Assembly (NCBI GenBank): GCA_012295275.1
Contig: CM022666.1
Span: 3,286,001-3,350,000, forward strand
DNA: 64,000 bases
Source of the DNA: Chrysomallon squamiferum
Taxonomy: Eukaryota; Animalia; Mollusca
Reading direction: 5' to 3'
Shown: piece by piece, positions 39,481 to 54,700 of the stretch
How positions within the stretch are numbered: the first letter of the stretch is position 1
Layout: every line of letters starts with the position of its first letter
Notes under the pieces: generated by a model
What the model saw: the letters and a program-made list of their open reading frames with translations, nothing else
Database searches by the model: none
Told to the model about the DNA's origin: nothing
Program-made: the position numbers and the translations under genes

Positions 39481-41917
39481 ACGTATATAATTAAAAAAAA
39501 AAAAAAAAAAAAAAAAATTTTTTTTTTTTTTTTACATAATTTAATAAAAACAAGCGTTGAAAATCAAAACGTGACTGATACCAGCCTCACGGAAATCAAC
39601 ACGTCGAATGCGACGAAACACGTGCACGTTAATTTACTTCGCTTTCGTGAATCCGAAGTCATGGCAACCGTCGAAGGAAGCGTTAACCGAGCTACTGTAA
39701 TTGACAAACGTCAAAATGTCACTGACATCTGATACTCATTTGATGACGTGGAAAAATCTTTCGCGGTTAATTACAGCGGATAAAGAAAATGACCACATGT
39801 GCCCTCTGACCCAACCCCCTTAACCCCCTTCCCTCAACCCGGCAAGTTTTCACTACGTAATACCGACTGTCTTGTGTGCAGATACGTCACGCGATTTATT
39901 AGATTAATCTTTTGTTTTTGTTATTCTATTAATTGCGATATACGTATGCAGCAGTACATACAGAAAGGGGAAAATTTATGCAAATGCGCAGCCCGACAGA
40001 AGAACAAAATGGGCTGTCCAGATGCCTGTCAATTATGTCAATATGACATGTGAGGCGGACCCCTGTTACGATCTGCACTATCTGGCAGTAACGTGATATT
40101 TGAAATAAATTATGTATGTTACATTTTCTTCGTCTTTTCAATTACACCACACTGAAAAAATCAGATCTATAATACAATGACGTATTGTTCGCCAATTTTT
40201 TTTGAATGATTATTTCAGTTTAAACTTCGCCTGCTGTCATTCTGTTATTTTGGAAGAATGTCTCTCTGTCTGTCTGTCTGTGTGTGTGTGTGTGTGTACT
40301 CGGCTGTCTCTGTCATATTAATTTAAAAATTCACTCTTCACTTTTTATATAATTGCATTCTTAAACGAACATGTACACACAGTTATATCAGACTGAAAAT
40401 AAAGATAAGCATCACAATATCTTATTATATAGCTATTAATATGTATAGATAAATTTATACACACACATATATACATTCATATATACATACACACACATAT
40501 ATATATATAGAGAGAGATAGATGATTAGATAGACAGATAGATAGATAGATAGACAGATAGGTAGATAAATAGATATAAATATATAGTTAGGCAGATACAT
40601 ACGTGCATACATACATACACACACATACACATACATATATACACACAGGCACACACACACACATATACATACGTACATAAACATACAGGCATACATATAT
40701 ACATACATAGATGTTCCTTCATATAAACACAAAGACATATAAAACGATAGATATATTTATACTTAAAACATAGCTACATACGAACACATACGGAAATATA
40801 TCACTATGCAAATACATATACACAGACTTCGTTAAAAAAAGAAAAAGGAGTTGGCGTATAAATATATACACATAGATAATATGCTGTACGTCACAAACAT
40901 TCAGATATACATACATCGGAGAGTGACATATAGAAGCAGAGATGTGTACGTGCACGCATGCACATACAACACATATGCGCACATTCCCTTCACATACACA
41001 TAACTACACACACGCACACAAACGTTCCATACACACTCGCTTGTTCACAAACGCAAAGAATAGTATCCTGCATCATAGATTACAACAGCGATTTTTCAAA
41101 ATTAATTCTAACCGTATCTCTTGGAGAAAACATTTGGTTTCTGCTTAGCTTTTTCTAAATATCAAATCATAGCAGCTTTAGTGTGGACAGTTAGCACGTA
41201 GTAAGCAAAATATGCACGGTGCTTTTAACTGGATCAAATATAATGGAAGATAATGATTTTTGAAAAAAAAAAAAATTAAGAAGAAATTATTCGGGGGCGT
41301 TTTTCGGAAACGGGAGAGAGTGATTATTATTCTTTAAATGGAGTTCTGTACAAATTTTTTTTTAAATTTTTGCAACCGCCATTACTGAAATTTTATCGCG
41401 TATTTCCTGGTGATAACTCGCGTGTGACCAGGAATGCGCATTCTACAATTTTAAAACCATGACACACACACACACTCAAACACTCAAACATTATATACAC
41501 GCACGCGCGCGCTCACCTACAAACAATCTATTCTCGACCTTGTTGTTGTTGTTTTTTTTTTTTTTTTTTTTTTTAATTTTCAATACGCTTCCGTGTATAA
41601 AGGGCAAACTTAAAGTTTGTTAATTAAAGCCTTTATGAAAATTATTTAAACACGTAATGAAGCCCAGATAATGTCTCTAATTGTGCAGGCACGCGTGCCT
41701 GTAGCTGTTTGTGTGTCATGTTGTCGACATGTTGGTTGTGCGGTATTTACTCTCGTTTTACTGTTCTCTGTAAAAGGGCACAACAATTAGCTAACTAGAA
41801 ACATATATATATATATATATATATATATTTTTAAATACTGTTGCATAATGAAAGGTTAATTGTTATATTTGCATGAAATGTGCTAATGCTGTTACGAACT
41901 TCAACTGATTTAAGTCT

Positions 41918-41952
<35 letters not shown>

Positions 41953-42104
41953 ATTTTTTTCTACACATATATATATATTTTTTCTGTTATCATTATTATT
42001 GTTCTTATTATTCTTGTTTTTTGTTCTTTTAACATTTGGTTTTGTCCTTATTATATTATATTATATTATATTATATTTATGTGTGTGTGTGTGTGTGTAT
42101 GATA

Positions 42105-42168
<64 letters not shown>

Positions 42169-42424
42169 TTAAAATGTGTCTGAATCTTTCATGTTCTTTT
42201 TTTTACTATTTTATATTATATTATATGTTTATTACTATTATTATTATTATTGTTATTATTATTGTTGTTGTTGTTGCTGCTGCTGCTGTTGTTTTTTTTG
42301 TTATTATCTCGGTTTCTCATTTATATCTTTATTTCTTTATTGCTTTTGTTTCTATTTACATTTAGTTTTATCCTTCTATTTAAAAGAAATAAAAAAAGTA
42401 TTGTGTGTGCATACGTATATGTAG

Positions 42425-42466
<42 letters not shown>

Positions 42467-43061
42467 CATACACATGAATTTTTATTTCTTTTTCTCTTTG
42501 CATGCACACTTTATATCTTGTTATCTTTCAAACTGTCATTTTCCATCATTACAGTCGGTTTCCTTTTATTTATAGCATTATTAATGTCTTTTATTTAATA
42601 AGCACCATATTTTTGTTGATTTGTTGTTGCCGTCGCCGTTGTTAATGATGAATGTTAACGATGACTGATGGTGATGATGATGCTGATGACGTGTAGCTCA
42701 TGACGGCCTTGACAAGTTAATTTTCGTTTATTTATTGCTTTGTGTAATAAACTACTTTCTTTTCGTTTTTAAATTTAAAAAAAAAAAAAAAGAAGTAATA
42801 ATTATAATTATTGTCGTTGGCGCTGATGTTAATGTTAATTCTGCTGCCGCTGACGATGCTAGAGACAAAGATGATAAAGGTGGGGAGTATAGCGATGTCG
42901 TCGGTAACAGAAGGAAATGATGATGATGATTATAATAATGTTGGTAATGATGATGATGATGACGATGATATATCTTCAGTAGTTCGACTGAAAGATAAAT
43001 TAATCATTCAGAATATTACCGTTTCTTCATATTTTTAGATTATTATGCATAAGAGTTACAT

Positions 43062-43107
<46 letters not shown>

Positions 43108-44066
43108 TAAAGGAAAAATGTGGAAGAAAAAATAAGGATGAAAAAAAAGATAAAAATAAAAAAACATAAAAAAAACAAAATAAAACCAAACAACAACAAA
43201 AAAAAAACCAATCAACTGGTCTACAGTCTAAAATAAATAAGGTGAAAAAAAATAATAATAATAGCGCAGCACGGGTTTGAGACCAGTGCAGTTTGTCATT
43301 GTGTTCGTGGAATTGGCGGGAAGGAGCACGTGCTGCGGCAGACATACTATATTTAAAAGTTTTCTACAAATGTGTTTCTGAATTAAAAGAATTATCTTTT
43401 ATTTTTTTTTTTTTCTTACGAGTAATTCGGAGCAAATGGGTTAAAGAGATTTTCATGTATTTTCGTAAATTAATGTGAAGTTTTGGGGTTTTTTTTTTTT
43501 TTGTCTTTGTTTTCTGATGTTTTTTCAAAAAATAAATCTTAATTAAATGTTAACACATACTTTATGTTACGTATTATACAGACACACAAACACACACATA
43601 TACTAATGATTTATGTGTTCACGTGCAATTACTTAAATAGAGCAAGAAATAAAAGGACAAAAGGCCATTTGAAGTGTGTTTGTTTGTGCATGTTTATGTT
43701 TGTGAATACGTGTGTTTATTTGTGTGTGTTTATATATGTGCGTGTTGCGTGAAAGAGAGATAACACGCACACGACTCATTAAACGACGGATATAAACGCA
43801 ACGAAAACAAAAATCTGATAATAACAATGAAAACATAACATAAATATTTTACACGTATATGACGTCGTAAAAATATCGATATTGGCAATAAAAAAATAAC
43901 AATTATAATATAACATTTACAGATAAAACGTATTTTATTATTATATACACACTAATGGACATTTTATTAAAACAAAACGACAGATATGTAATTAATAATT
44001 AGGCTATAAACATTTTTGTATTAAAATAAAAGGTTAATAGAAAATATGTGGATAGAAAAGACAAAA

Positions 44067-44098
<32 letters not shown>

Positions 44099-45297
44099 AG
44101 ACAAACCAACCAAAGTATGAAATTATAGAGAGAAATAACAGAAGAAGCAAAGAAGAAATAAGAGAGAAAGAAAACGAAAATAAAGAATGAATGGATCATA
44201 TTAAATAAATCCTCCCACCAAAAAAAAAATAAATAATGATAATAATAATACACAAAACAAAATATATTAAATAAATAAATAAAGAATAAAAGAAATAAAA
44301 AAAAGAGTAAGAAAGTGGCAGTTCTTTAATATTTAGCTAAAAGGAAACGGTATATAAATAAAAAACTGAAGCAAGAAGGTAAGAAATATTTAAAGGAAAA
44401 AATAAAAGGAATAACAAATTACAAATATTTTGAAAAAAATTGAAAGAAAAAAAGGAAGAAGAAGAAGAAGAAAAAAAAAAACGAGGAAAAGTTAGAGAAA
44501 AGAAAAGAAAAAGGAGAAAGAATTTCAGAAAGATAGGAGAGAAAGAAAGCAGAAATATGATAGAAAGAATGCAAAAAAAAAAAACGTCAAAAGAAAGCAA
44601 AGAAAGAGACACAGAAAGAAGGGAGAGAAAGAAAAGAAAAGAAAAGAAAAGAAAAAAGGGAACCATAGAAAAAAAAAAGAAAAAGAAAGAAAAAGGAGGA
44701 AATTAACGACTAAGAAAAGACTACAAAACCAGTCAAAACAAACACCAGTTCAACAGAAGGAAAAACCTATTTCATTTCCCTCCATCGGCTGAAAGGCGCG
44801 CAATATTGAAAATATTACGCACGACATTAAATAATAATGTATCGTTCGCTGCAAGGTCGTAGGAGTCAAGACGTCGTGTAGTGTCGCTGACGTCTTCCGG
44901 CGTTTCCAAGGAAAGAGGGGGGAAAAAAAAGGTCGCCAGATTCGACGAAACTGAGAAGCGGAACAATTATTGGATATCTGTCAAAACCAGAGAACCACCG
45001 ATTCCCAGTGTCGCTGCCAGGGGCAGATAATCGAACGCGGCAAATGACACGCTGGCAGAAGCAATACGTTTCCTTGTTTGGATGTATGATGGCACAGGAA
45101 CGATAATTATAAGACTTGTTATCCAAAAAAGCTAGTTAGTGTACGTCTTTGATTAAATCGTCAGATTGTTATTTGAAACGTAGCGGGTGCAGACAGTGAA
45201 ATGTGTTTTTTTTTTTTTTGTTCGACTAACGTGCTAATAATAAGCCAGATTATTAAATAGCTGATGTAAGAAAAAAAATCGACTTGTTTCTGGTGAT

Positions 45298-45416
<119 letters not shown>

Positions 45417-45671
45417 TAAGGAGAGATGAAGAAAAGAAGAAATTTTTATTAAGAAAGAGAACTACATTTATAACCTTTCTTACTACAACAGAAAACATCA
45501 ACAACTAAATAACAGCAAGAATACATCGTTAATGGCAGTTCTTTTTAAATATATATGCAAAAATGTCCGTAAACACTTTCTTAAATTAAAATAACAAAAA
45601 GGCAGTGGCTTTTTACTATCTTTTCATGCTTGTTTTGACAACATTTATTTATTTTGTCTGTAAGAACTTTA

Positions 45672-45773
<102 letters not shown>

Positions 45774-45806
45774 AATTCAACATAGAAGAAACCGTAATAG
45801 CAAATC

Positions 45807-45877
<71 letters not shown>

Positions 45878-46768
45878 CAACAACAACAATACTTGGTGTA
45901 AGTTTCACAACATCTATCAAATATATATATTCAAACACTCGTAATAAAAAAAAAAAAAAAAAAAAAAAGACTTAGGCCTTTTTTTTTTGAATTAACCAAG
46001 ATATCTAAGAATTCCCAAACGGCGACATTGTGTCTTTAAATTTTTACCACCGCACGTTTGATAAATTAAAAATCTAAACGACCGTCGACATTTAAAGTTG
46101 ACGTTTTTCAAGCGTACGATGAAGTATGTTTATTCCATCGTAAAATTTACAAGTCTCTGTTTTAAGTTAAAATACCATTTCCAAGGCAATGAATAATCTC
46201 TCACAGCGACACAGAAATAAAACATGTGACTAAAAACCCGTCTCGTTTTCCCCCACCACCCCGCAATAAAAGCTCCGGGGGTCGGGGAATTCTTCAATCT
46301 GAAACACAATACGCTTATAAAAGCGACTGGTCGCCTAGGTAACGGTTTCGTGATATTTCGACCAAAAATGAGTCGTTGATGTTTTTTTTTGAATCCGAGT
46401 CGTTTTGTAAAGAAAGTCGAGTTATTGAAGAGAATGATCTGGTAGCTAGCTGGTTTGGTTTGGGTTAAAAGTATTTTTTTTTATTTTAATTTGTTTCTTA
46501 AGTGATTGATATTGCTTGCTTTATAACTTTTAATTTTTTTTTTTTTTTTTTTATAATTTTTTTTTTATTGAATTATTATTTTTTTTTTATTTCTTTCAAT
46601 ATGTTTTATTTCACTTATGTATATTATCTGTTAAATTAATTATTTTATTTTATTTTTATTTTACTTTATTCTATTTCATTTTATTTTATTTTGTTTTGTT
46701 TTGTTTTATTTTATTCTATTTTATTTTATTTTATTTTATTTATCTATCTGTCTATCTATCTATTTATC

Positions 46769-46841
<73 letters not shown>

Positions 46842-47477
46842 GTCTGCATCTATCAACCTATCTATCTATTTATTGTACCTTAGTGTGTTGTATTTAGCTT
46901 TATTTATTTTATTTTTTTATTATTAAATATATAGAACAAAACATTTAAAGAGCATTACAATTTTAAATTTAAATAACACACCAAAACAAAAGCATCTGCG
47001 CGTTTTTTGACTCTTGCTACTGTAAGAATACAATTAATGTAATCATAATGAAAAAAAAAAAAAATAAAAAAAAAAAAAAATAATAATAACATAGTCAGAA
47101 GAGAAAGAACAGCAGGAACAAGATAACAAATGATATATATTTCCCGTTGCCGTGGAAACGATAGTTTCTTTCAGTGTAAAGTTATCAGCAAAAGAAGCAA
47201 ATTTTCACAACGTATATCTGCGGTTTTCGCTCAAAGTTGTTTCGAAATGTCTCCAACACTAAAAGATTGTTTAAAATGAATCCTTTCATCAGTCGTGTAC
47301 GTAGATTTTCTTCTTTTTTTTTTTTTTTTTTTTTTATCTTAGAATAACATCAAGAGATAAAGTGTGGAACAAAAACAAAGTGAGAGAAAAAAAGGTCAAA
47401 ATGTTTTTAGTTACAACTGATTTCAAAAACTCTTAAAACTTCTCTTTCTTACATTTATTTTGATGTTTTTTCGTTTT

Positions 47478-47569
<92 letters not shown>

Positions 47570-48419
47570 TCTTTTTCACTCTCTCTTTCTTTCTTTCTGC
47601 AAGCCTAACATATAATTTCAAATATTAGTAAAAGATAATTTTTTCTTTTTTCTTTCCTAATCAGTTTATATATATATATATATATATTTTTTTTCTCTGT
47701 CTCTCCCTCTCTTCTCGCTTTGAAGACTTGTTTTGGCATATTTATTTACTTATAAGATTGCTGATTAATTTTTATTATTTTTATGTTCTGTTTTCAGAAC
47801 TGTAAAAGTGTTGATTTTAGTCGTTTATTGGTTTATCTTTGTATTTGAATCTGAAACAAAAAACTACTTATAAAGGATAATATATATATATATTCAAATA
47901 GATCATGACAGTTAAACTATTAGAAATGTTTTGATAAATTCTCATTTATCTTTGAAGAAGACTTGTTTATTTATTTATTTATTTATTTAAATATTTATTT
48001 ATTTATTTATTTTTATTTATTTATATATTTATTTATTTATTTTAATTAATTATTTATTTATTTATATATTTATTTATATATTTATTTATTTATTTATTTA
48101 CGTATTTATGATTTTACTTATGTATTTAAAAAAAAGTGAAATAAAAACAACAAAGCAATACTAAGGATCCTTAAAAAAAGAAATGTTTTAGGGATCATAT
48201 ATATTTTATTAGATATAAATTGTTTTTATTGAATTTTTATTTACATTCATGAAGTCATTTTATTTGCTTGTTTATTTTTATTTGTTCTTTTATCTTCAGA
48301 TGAAAAAAAAGAATCCCTTGTTCTATAAGAAATGTCTTTCTTGATGGTTTATTTATTTATTTATTTATTTTGTATTCACTTATTTTTTTTTTTTTTTTTT
48401 CTTGTTTGTTTATTTATTT

Positions 48420-48519
<100 letters not shown>

Positions 48520-49182
48520 TTCATTCATTTATTCAAAGTTATTCCATTTGTGTAGGCAAATATTTATTTTGCTATTTTTATTTACTTGGCGATTTTCATA
48601 TTTCTATATCATTTATAGGCAAATATAATTAATTTTATTTTTATTTATGTATTTTTAAAGTTAGACAACCACCGTCTCACACAATATTATTTATTTTTTA
48701 AAAGAACATAAAGAAATGAAATAATATTAGTCAAGGAAAGAAAAAAGAAAACACTAAAAACAGAAACGCGAAATAAAAAGTGATGGTTTTAAATCAGTAT
48801 CTCTTGAATACGTCGTTTTCTTTTGAAAATATTTGGTTAACAAACAAGATACAATTAGAGAATTTACACGAAAAAAAAAAAAATGAAAGAAAGAAAACAG
48901 AAAAACATTAAAATTATAAAACAACATTTTTTTTTGTTTTTAACCTTTCTACACATTTTATAATATTTTTTGCACAAAATAATGTGTTACGAATGTTTAC
49001 ATGGGAGTAAAAGTAGGTTTGTATGTGCGTGTTTGTGCGTGTTTGTGTGTGTTAGCGTTTATATATTTGTTTTGTGTGTATATTTACGTATCTACATAGA
49101 GTGTAACGTATATGTGTGTATATGATTCTTTTTTTTTAGTACTTTAATATATATATACACCTCTTTATTATTATTATTACTC

Positions 49183-49219
<37 letters not shown>

Positions 49220-49450
49220 AACACGTTAATGATGATTGTTTTTCGTGGTGGCAGTGTTTTGTTTATGTTGATTTCATTTTTTCTTATTTCAAATATGATG
49301 ATTTTAACTATTATATACCCTTGTTAATAAACAACAACCATTGACTATGGTAAAGTTTGGCCATAAACATAATAAACTTTTGAGAAAAAATTATTTACGC
49401 ACGCTTATTTGTGGGCCTGATTCATCGCTAAATAAATTATAAATGAATAT

Positions 49451-49509
<59 letters not shown>

Positions 49510-49671
49510 TCTATTCATTTCATTTTATTTCATTTTATTTTGTTTTATTTTATTTTATTTTATTTTATTTTATTTTTATTTTATTTTATTATTTTTTTAA
49601 AATTTAATAATTAATAATTCTTCTAAAAATCATGATGTAGAAGTTTTACCGTTCTTTCATCATATCCTGTA

Positions 49672-49707
<36 letters not shown>

Positions 49708-50150
49708 TAAAAATGCTATTTTCTCAACTACAATCTTTTTATCTTGCCTGGAGATCTCAGACGCGCTAAACAATAATTATAATTACGTGGGAGGGCACCA
49801 ACAGTCCCGGGACAGGGGCTAATTGTCCCGAGGGTCAGAGCTAATATTACTTGGGGTTAAGCGGTTCTCTTATTCTCTGATTGCGTAATTAGTTTGTCTG
49901 CCTAGGAAAATTAGTCTCTGGGAACGTACTGACACGTAATATTTGACAGCTGGGTTTTGCCTTATCTTTGGGAACGAAATATTAAAAAGCTAATAGAAAA
50001 TAGCGTTGATGTACACGTTGCCTGGAATTGCCCTAATATTGAAACAAGTTCGCGAGTTTGTCCATCATATTTTAGATTCCTTTGGTAATTTCGATTCACG
50101 GTAAAAAATAAGTGAAATGGGAAAAAGGAATAGAAGAAGAAGAAAGAAAA

Positions 50151-50251
<101 letters not shown>

Positions 50252-51040
50252 ATGTAACGTTATGACAGTTCACGAGTGCAGGCATGAATAAATAATAATT
50301 TTATGATATTCGTCTGCATCTGTTCAGATTACTTTTAATTCAGATAGTATCAAAGTACCACTGATTTTGCTTTATGTACCCTGTTTAACAATAACCTATG
50401 GAACAGATTTAATCAGTGCTTTTCAGTTTTCATATACGCAATTAAAACGCATTAAAGCAGATGCGTATAGTGAAAAAATAGTTATTACTTGTTTATGGTG
50501 TAACTCCGTGTGAATCCAGGACTTTGTTATTATTTTTCTTCTCTCGGCCAAATCTGATTTGATAACTTAATATGCCAGAGAGCAAGAGACAGGTAATTCT
50601 GCCGTGAAATACAGAACGCCATATGGCACTGCACTGATTAAAATACCATGGTACAAAGTTTCCGCGCTCACCGGGACCAAAATAACTGACTGGGAGCCGG
50701 TCGTGTGCATGCCGTAAAACAGCGTGATCAAGTAGCGTAACTATTTAATGATTTACCAACCATTTGAGATGAAACTGAATTCGGTGATTGGTTAATTAAA
50801 CAGTCAGAATGTATTGTAGGAGAAATCTCTTGAAATAATTTAGTTAGTTGTAATGTAATAACCTGTTTAAATTTTGGGTCTTTTTTTTTTTTTGTTTTAA
50901 TTTATTTTCTTCGTGCTCGGTTTGAAGTATTTTAAAGAAGCGATTTTTTTTTTTTTTTTTTTTTTTTTGATTTATTTGTTTATTTAAATTTATGCTTTGA
51001 AGCTTTGGAATTGAAAACAAAAAGTTGAAAAAGTTCATAA

Positions 51041-51147
<107 letters not shown>

Positions 51148-51396
51148 CGCACCCGCACATATACCGTTTCGATTACGTTTTGGGAAATTTCTAATTTAAC
51201 ATGATATACAATGTATATTTCATTCATACTGAGAAAATTATTAATATTAAGAATTTTTATATTCAATACATAACTAGAAATAATAGTAATTATTTTCGCT
51301 TAGCATAATGTTATCTGCGTTTTGCGACATTAAATCAAGAAAAAGATTATTTATTATATATTCATTTCTTCCCCATATTTTTCGTTTTATTGTCAT

Positions 51397-51441
<45 letters not shown>

Positions 51442-51644
51442 GTATTGTGTATTTTGCTGTCAAAACAAAGCAGAGTTAATACAGGCGAAGATAATTACAA
51501 ATATTTCTATTAAAATTACGCGGGAAGAAAAGCTTCGAGACATTAATAATTAAATTTTAATAATTTATTTATTTTCCATGTGAAATCGATCCCCGCATAC
51601 TGTGAATATAAATAATGTAATGTCTTTATTTATAATCTTCTTCT

Positions 51645-51778
<134 letters not shown>

Positions 51779-54700
51779 GTATTTATCTTTGATTCTTACC
51801 TTTTCTTATTGTTTAAAAACTTAGATTAATTATAACCATCTTTTATCAGTAACATCAACAGATAATAAATCTAAAACATATTCTTCGTAAATAATTCGCT
51901 AAATATAACTGTGTGTATGTGTGTGTAAATAAATAAATAAATATATATATATATATAAATTAAAAAAAATAAAAAAATAAAATCAATAAAATCACCTATA
52001 CACTGACCTAGAAACAGCCTCCTTTCTGCGTTAATGAAAATCCATTTCGAATTCAAGAATTTTCTTATTATGGCATAAAACAGTGAACATAATTTCAAGC
52101 GAATACAGCCGACTTGTTTTCATTTGAAAATTTACGATCAAATCCAGTATTTAGGTTGTTAACAAATGCCCACACTGCACTAAAGTTTTATGTGTAGATA
52201 AATCTGCATATATTTGAAATACATAAATGTATGGTATGCGGATGAATAGGATAAAAACAACGAGTATGTAAATAAAAATATCTGTGCCGTTTTCTCTTTG
52301 ATTTTTGTTTGTTTTTAGATTTGTAATATTTTAGACGTTTTCTTTGTTATTATATGAATAATATTAATATTATTAATGACGAAATAAATAAATAAATAAA
52401 TTTAAAAATAACAAGAAATACAAGAGAGACAGAAGGTAGAGAAGAATGGATGGACAGACGGGAAAAAATAAATTTATATGTTTCTTTACTTTCATTTCCA
52501 CACATACACAGATAACGAAAATGAGTAAAACTGACGAATATATTTATTGAAATAAAATAAAACGAAATAAAATTTAAATAAAATAAAATTTAAAAAATTT
52601 AAAATAAATAAAATAAAATAAAATAAAATAAAGTTAAATAAAATAAAATAAAATTGAATAAAATAAAATTGAATAAAATAAAATAAAATAAAATAAAATA
52701 AAATGAAATAAAATAAATTTTCACATTTCAACAATCTTCGACGAAACATTTTAAAAGTCACCTTAACATTCTTTTTAAATTTTTTCTTTTTTAATTTTAA
52801 TTTTAATTTTGTATCCCTCACAGCTTGAACCTATAAACATCTTGCACGAAGCAGACTTTCATCTCGATATGGGAGGGGGGAGAGGAGGGAGGTCCGCGCG
52901 CTGTCCCCCACCCCCCACCCCCCACAACTTTTGTTCAGCGAAGGTTATTTTCGTGCTTTAAACATTTTCTTTTTCTTCTTCTGTTTTTTTTATATTTTTT
53001 TCGTTTTTTCCTCCATTCCGGATTCGACCCACCGTCGATTTTTTTTTTTTATGTTCCGTTTACGAGTCGAACCACCCTGTCTCGAAACAAAAGCTTCTGT
53101 TGTCCAAAAGCCAAATTATTTTTCTAACTCTTTTTCTTTTTATGTCTCGTGTTCATGAAACTCAGATATACCGGCAATTAAACAAATATTGACACAATAA
53201 ACGTGAAGCGATTTCATAGAAAGTGGAAAAGAGAAATCGCGCGGTTTCCAGGTTACGCTTCACCGCGAAAAAAAAGTGTTACGGGCCTCAGTTTGAATTC
53301 ACTGATGCACGCGCTTGTTCAGTCGCGCGCGCTTCCGAAGCAGACGTGAGTAAATATTGTTTTTAATCCGCACGTGTATGCACGGTATTGTGATGAAACT
53401 GGTGTTCGTGTTTGTAAAATAAATTTTTAATTTCCGTGTTTGTTTGTTTGTTTGTTTGTTCGTTTGTTCGTTTCTTACTAACCTGAAGATCTCGTTGTAT
53501 TTTTTTTTCTTTTCTTTTCATTTTTTTATTTTTCTTTTATACTTTTCTTTCTTTGTTTTGTTTTATTTTATTTTAATTTTTGTTTTATTTATAACCTTTT
53601 CAAAAATTCTTTTAATATATATATATTGTTTTCTGTTGTTTTATTATTATTATTATATTTTTTTAAAGAATGTATTTCGCTTTTTTTTTTAATTTATTCA
53701 CTTTATTTCTAACATCATTTTCATTTTTTATTTATTTATTATTCCTTCATTTTGGTATTATTATTTTTTAAATTATCATTATTATTTCATTGTTTTAATT
53801 CTTTATTATTTTAAATCTTTCTTTCGATTTGTGATTCATTACTGATTTCATTTTTTCTTTCTTCATTTTATTTTATTTTATTCATTCATTCATTCATTTA
53901 CGTATTAATTAATTAATTAATTTATTTATTTATTTCATTATATTCTATTCCATCTAACTCTATTTTTTAGAAAAAAATATTTCTCATATTTTGGATATTT
54001 TTTCTCGAAAGAAAATTTTTACATATGTTACACTCAAAATATTTTACACTGTTTTCAGATTTAATTGAAACAGTCTGTTTATCCATTTATTTATTTATTT
54101 TTATTTTATTTTATTTAACTTTATTTTAATTTATTTGTTTGTTTGCAATTATTTCAGTTTATTGACTGATTAATCAATAAAAAAAATGTCTGCCTTTCTT
54201 TTCATTAATTAATTACTTTCAAAAATTACAATCATTTATTTATTTATCTATCTATTAATATATTAATATGCATACGTACGTACGTACATACGAAATACAT
54301 ACATACATACATTCATTCATACATACATACATTAAACAATTTATTAATTATAACACATTATTAATCAGTTAATTAATTAATTATGTATGTATTTATTTAC
54401 TTATTTATTTATCTATTTATCTATCTATTTATTTACCTATTTATTATTACGATGATTCCTAAAACCTGACACTAAAATACTAATTAAGTTTAACGACAAT
54501 GAAGTACTAAATAAAATAAAATCACGTGACGAAGATTAAAAATGTACTAATTAATGCAAACTTACCTGTAAATTTCTAAACCAATCCACGAGACAAACTG
54601 TCATAAAATGAGGAATCATCCTTTAAACGAAAGAGGAATTAGAAATAATCCGTGATCCGGAAAGGATTTTCGTTTTCATCCAACAACTCGGTAGGTAATT

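Noticed and set aside
51449-51463. Partial reverse-complement match (gtattttgctgtcaa) to the (CT)n-tailed repeat head
   Set aside because: Only ~15 nt with a gap and no adjoining AG tract; not enough to call a third copy.
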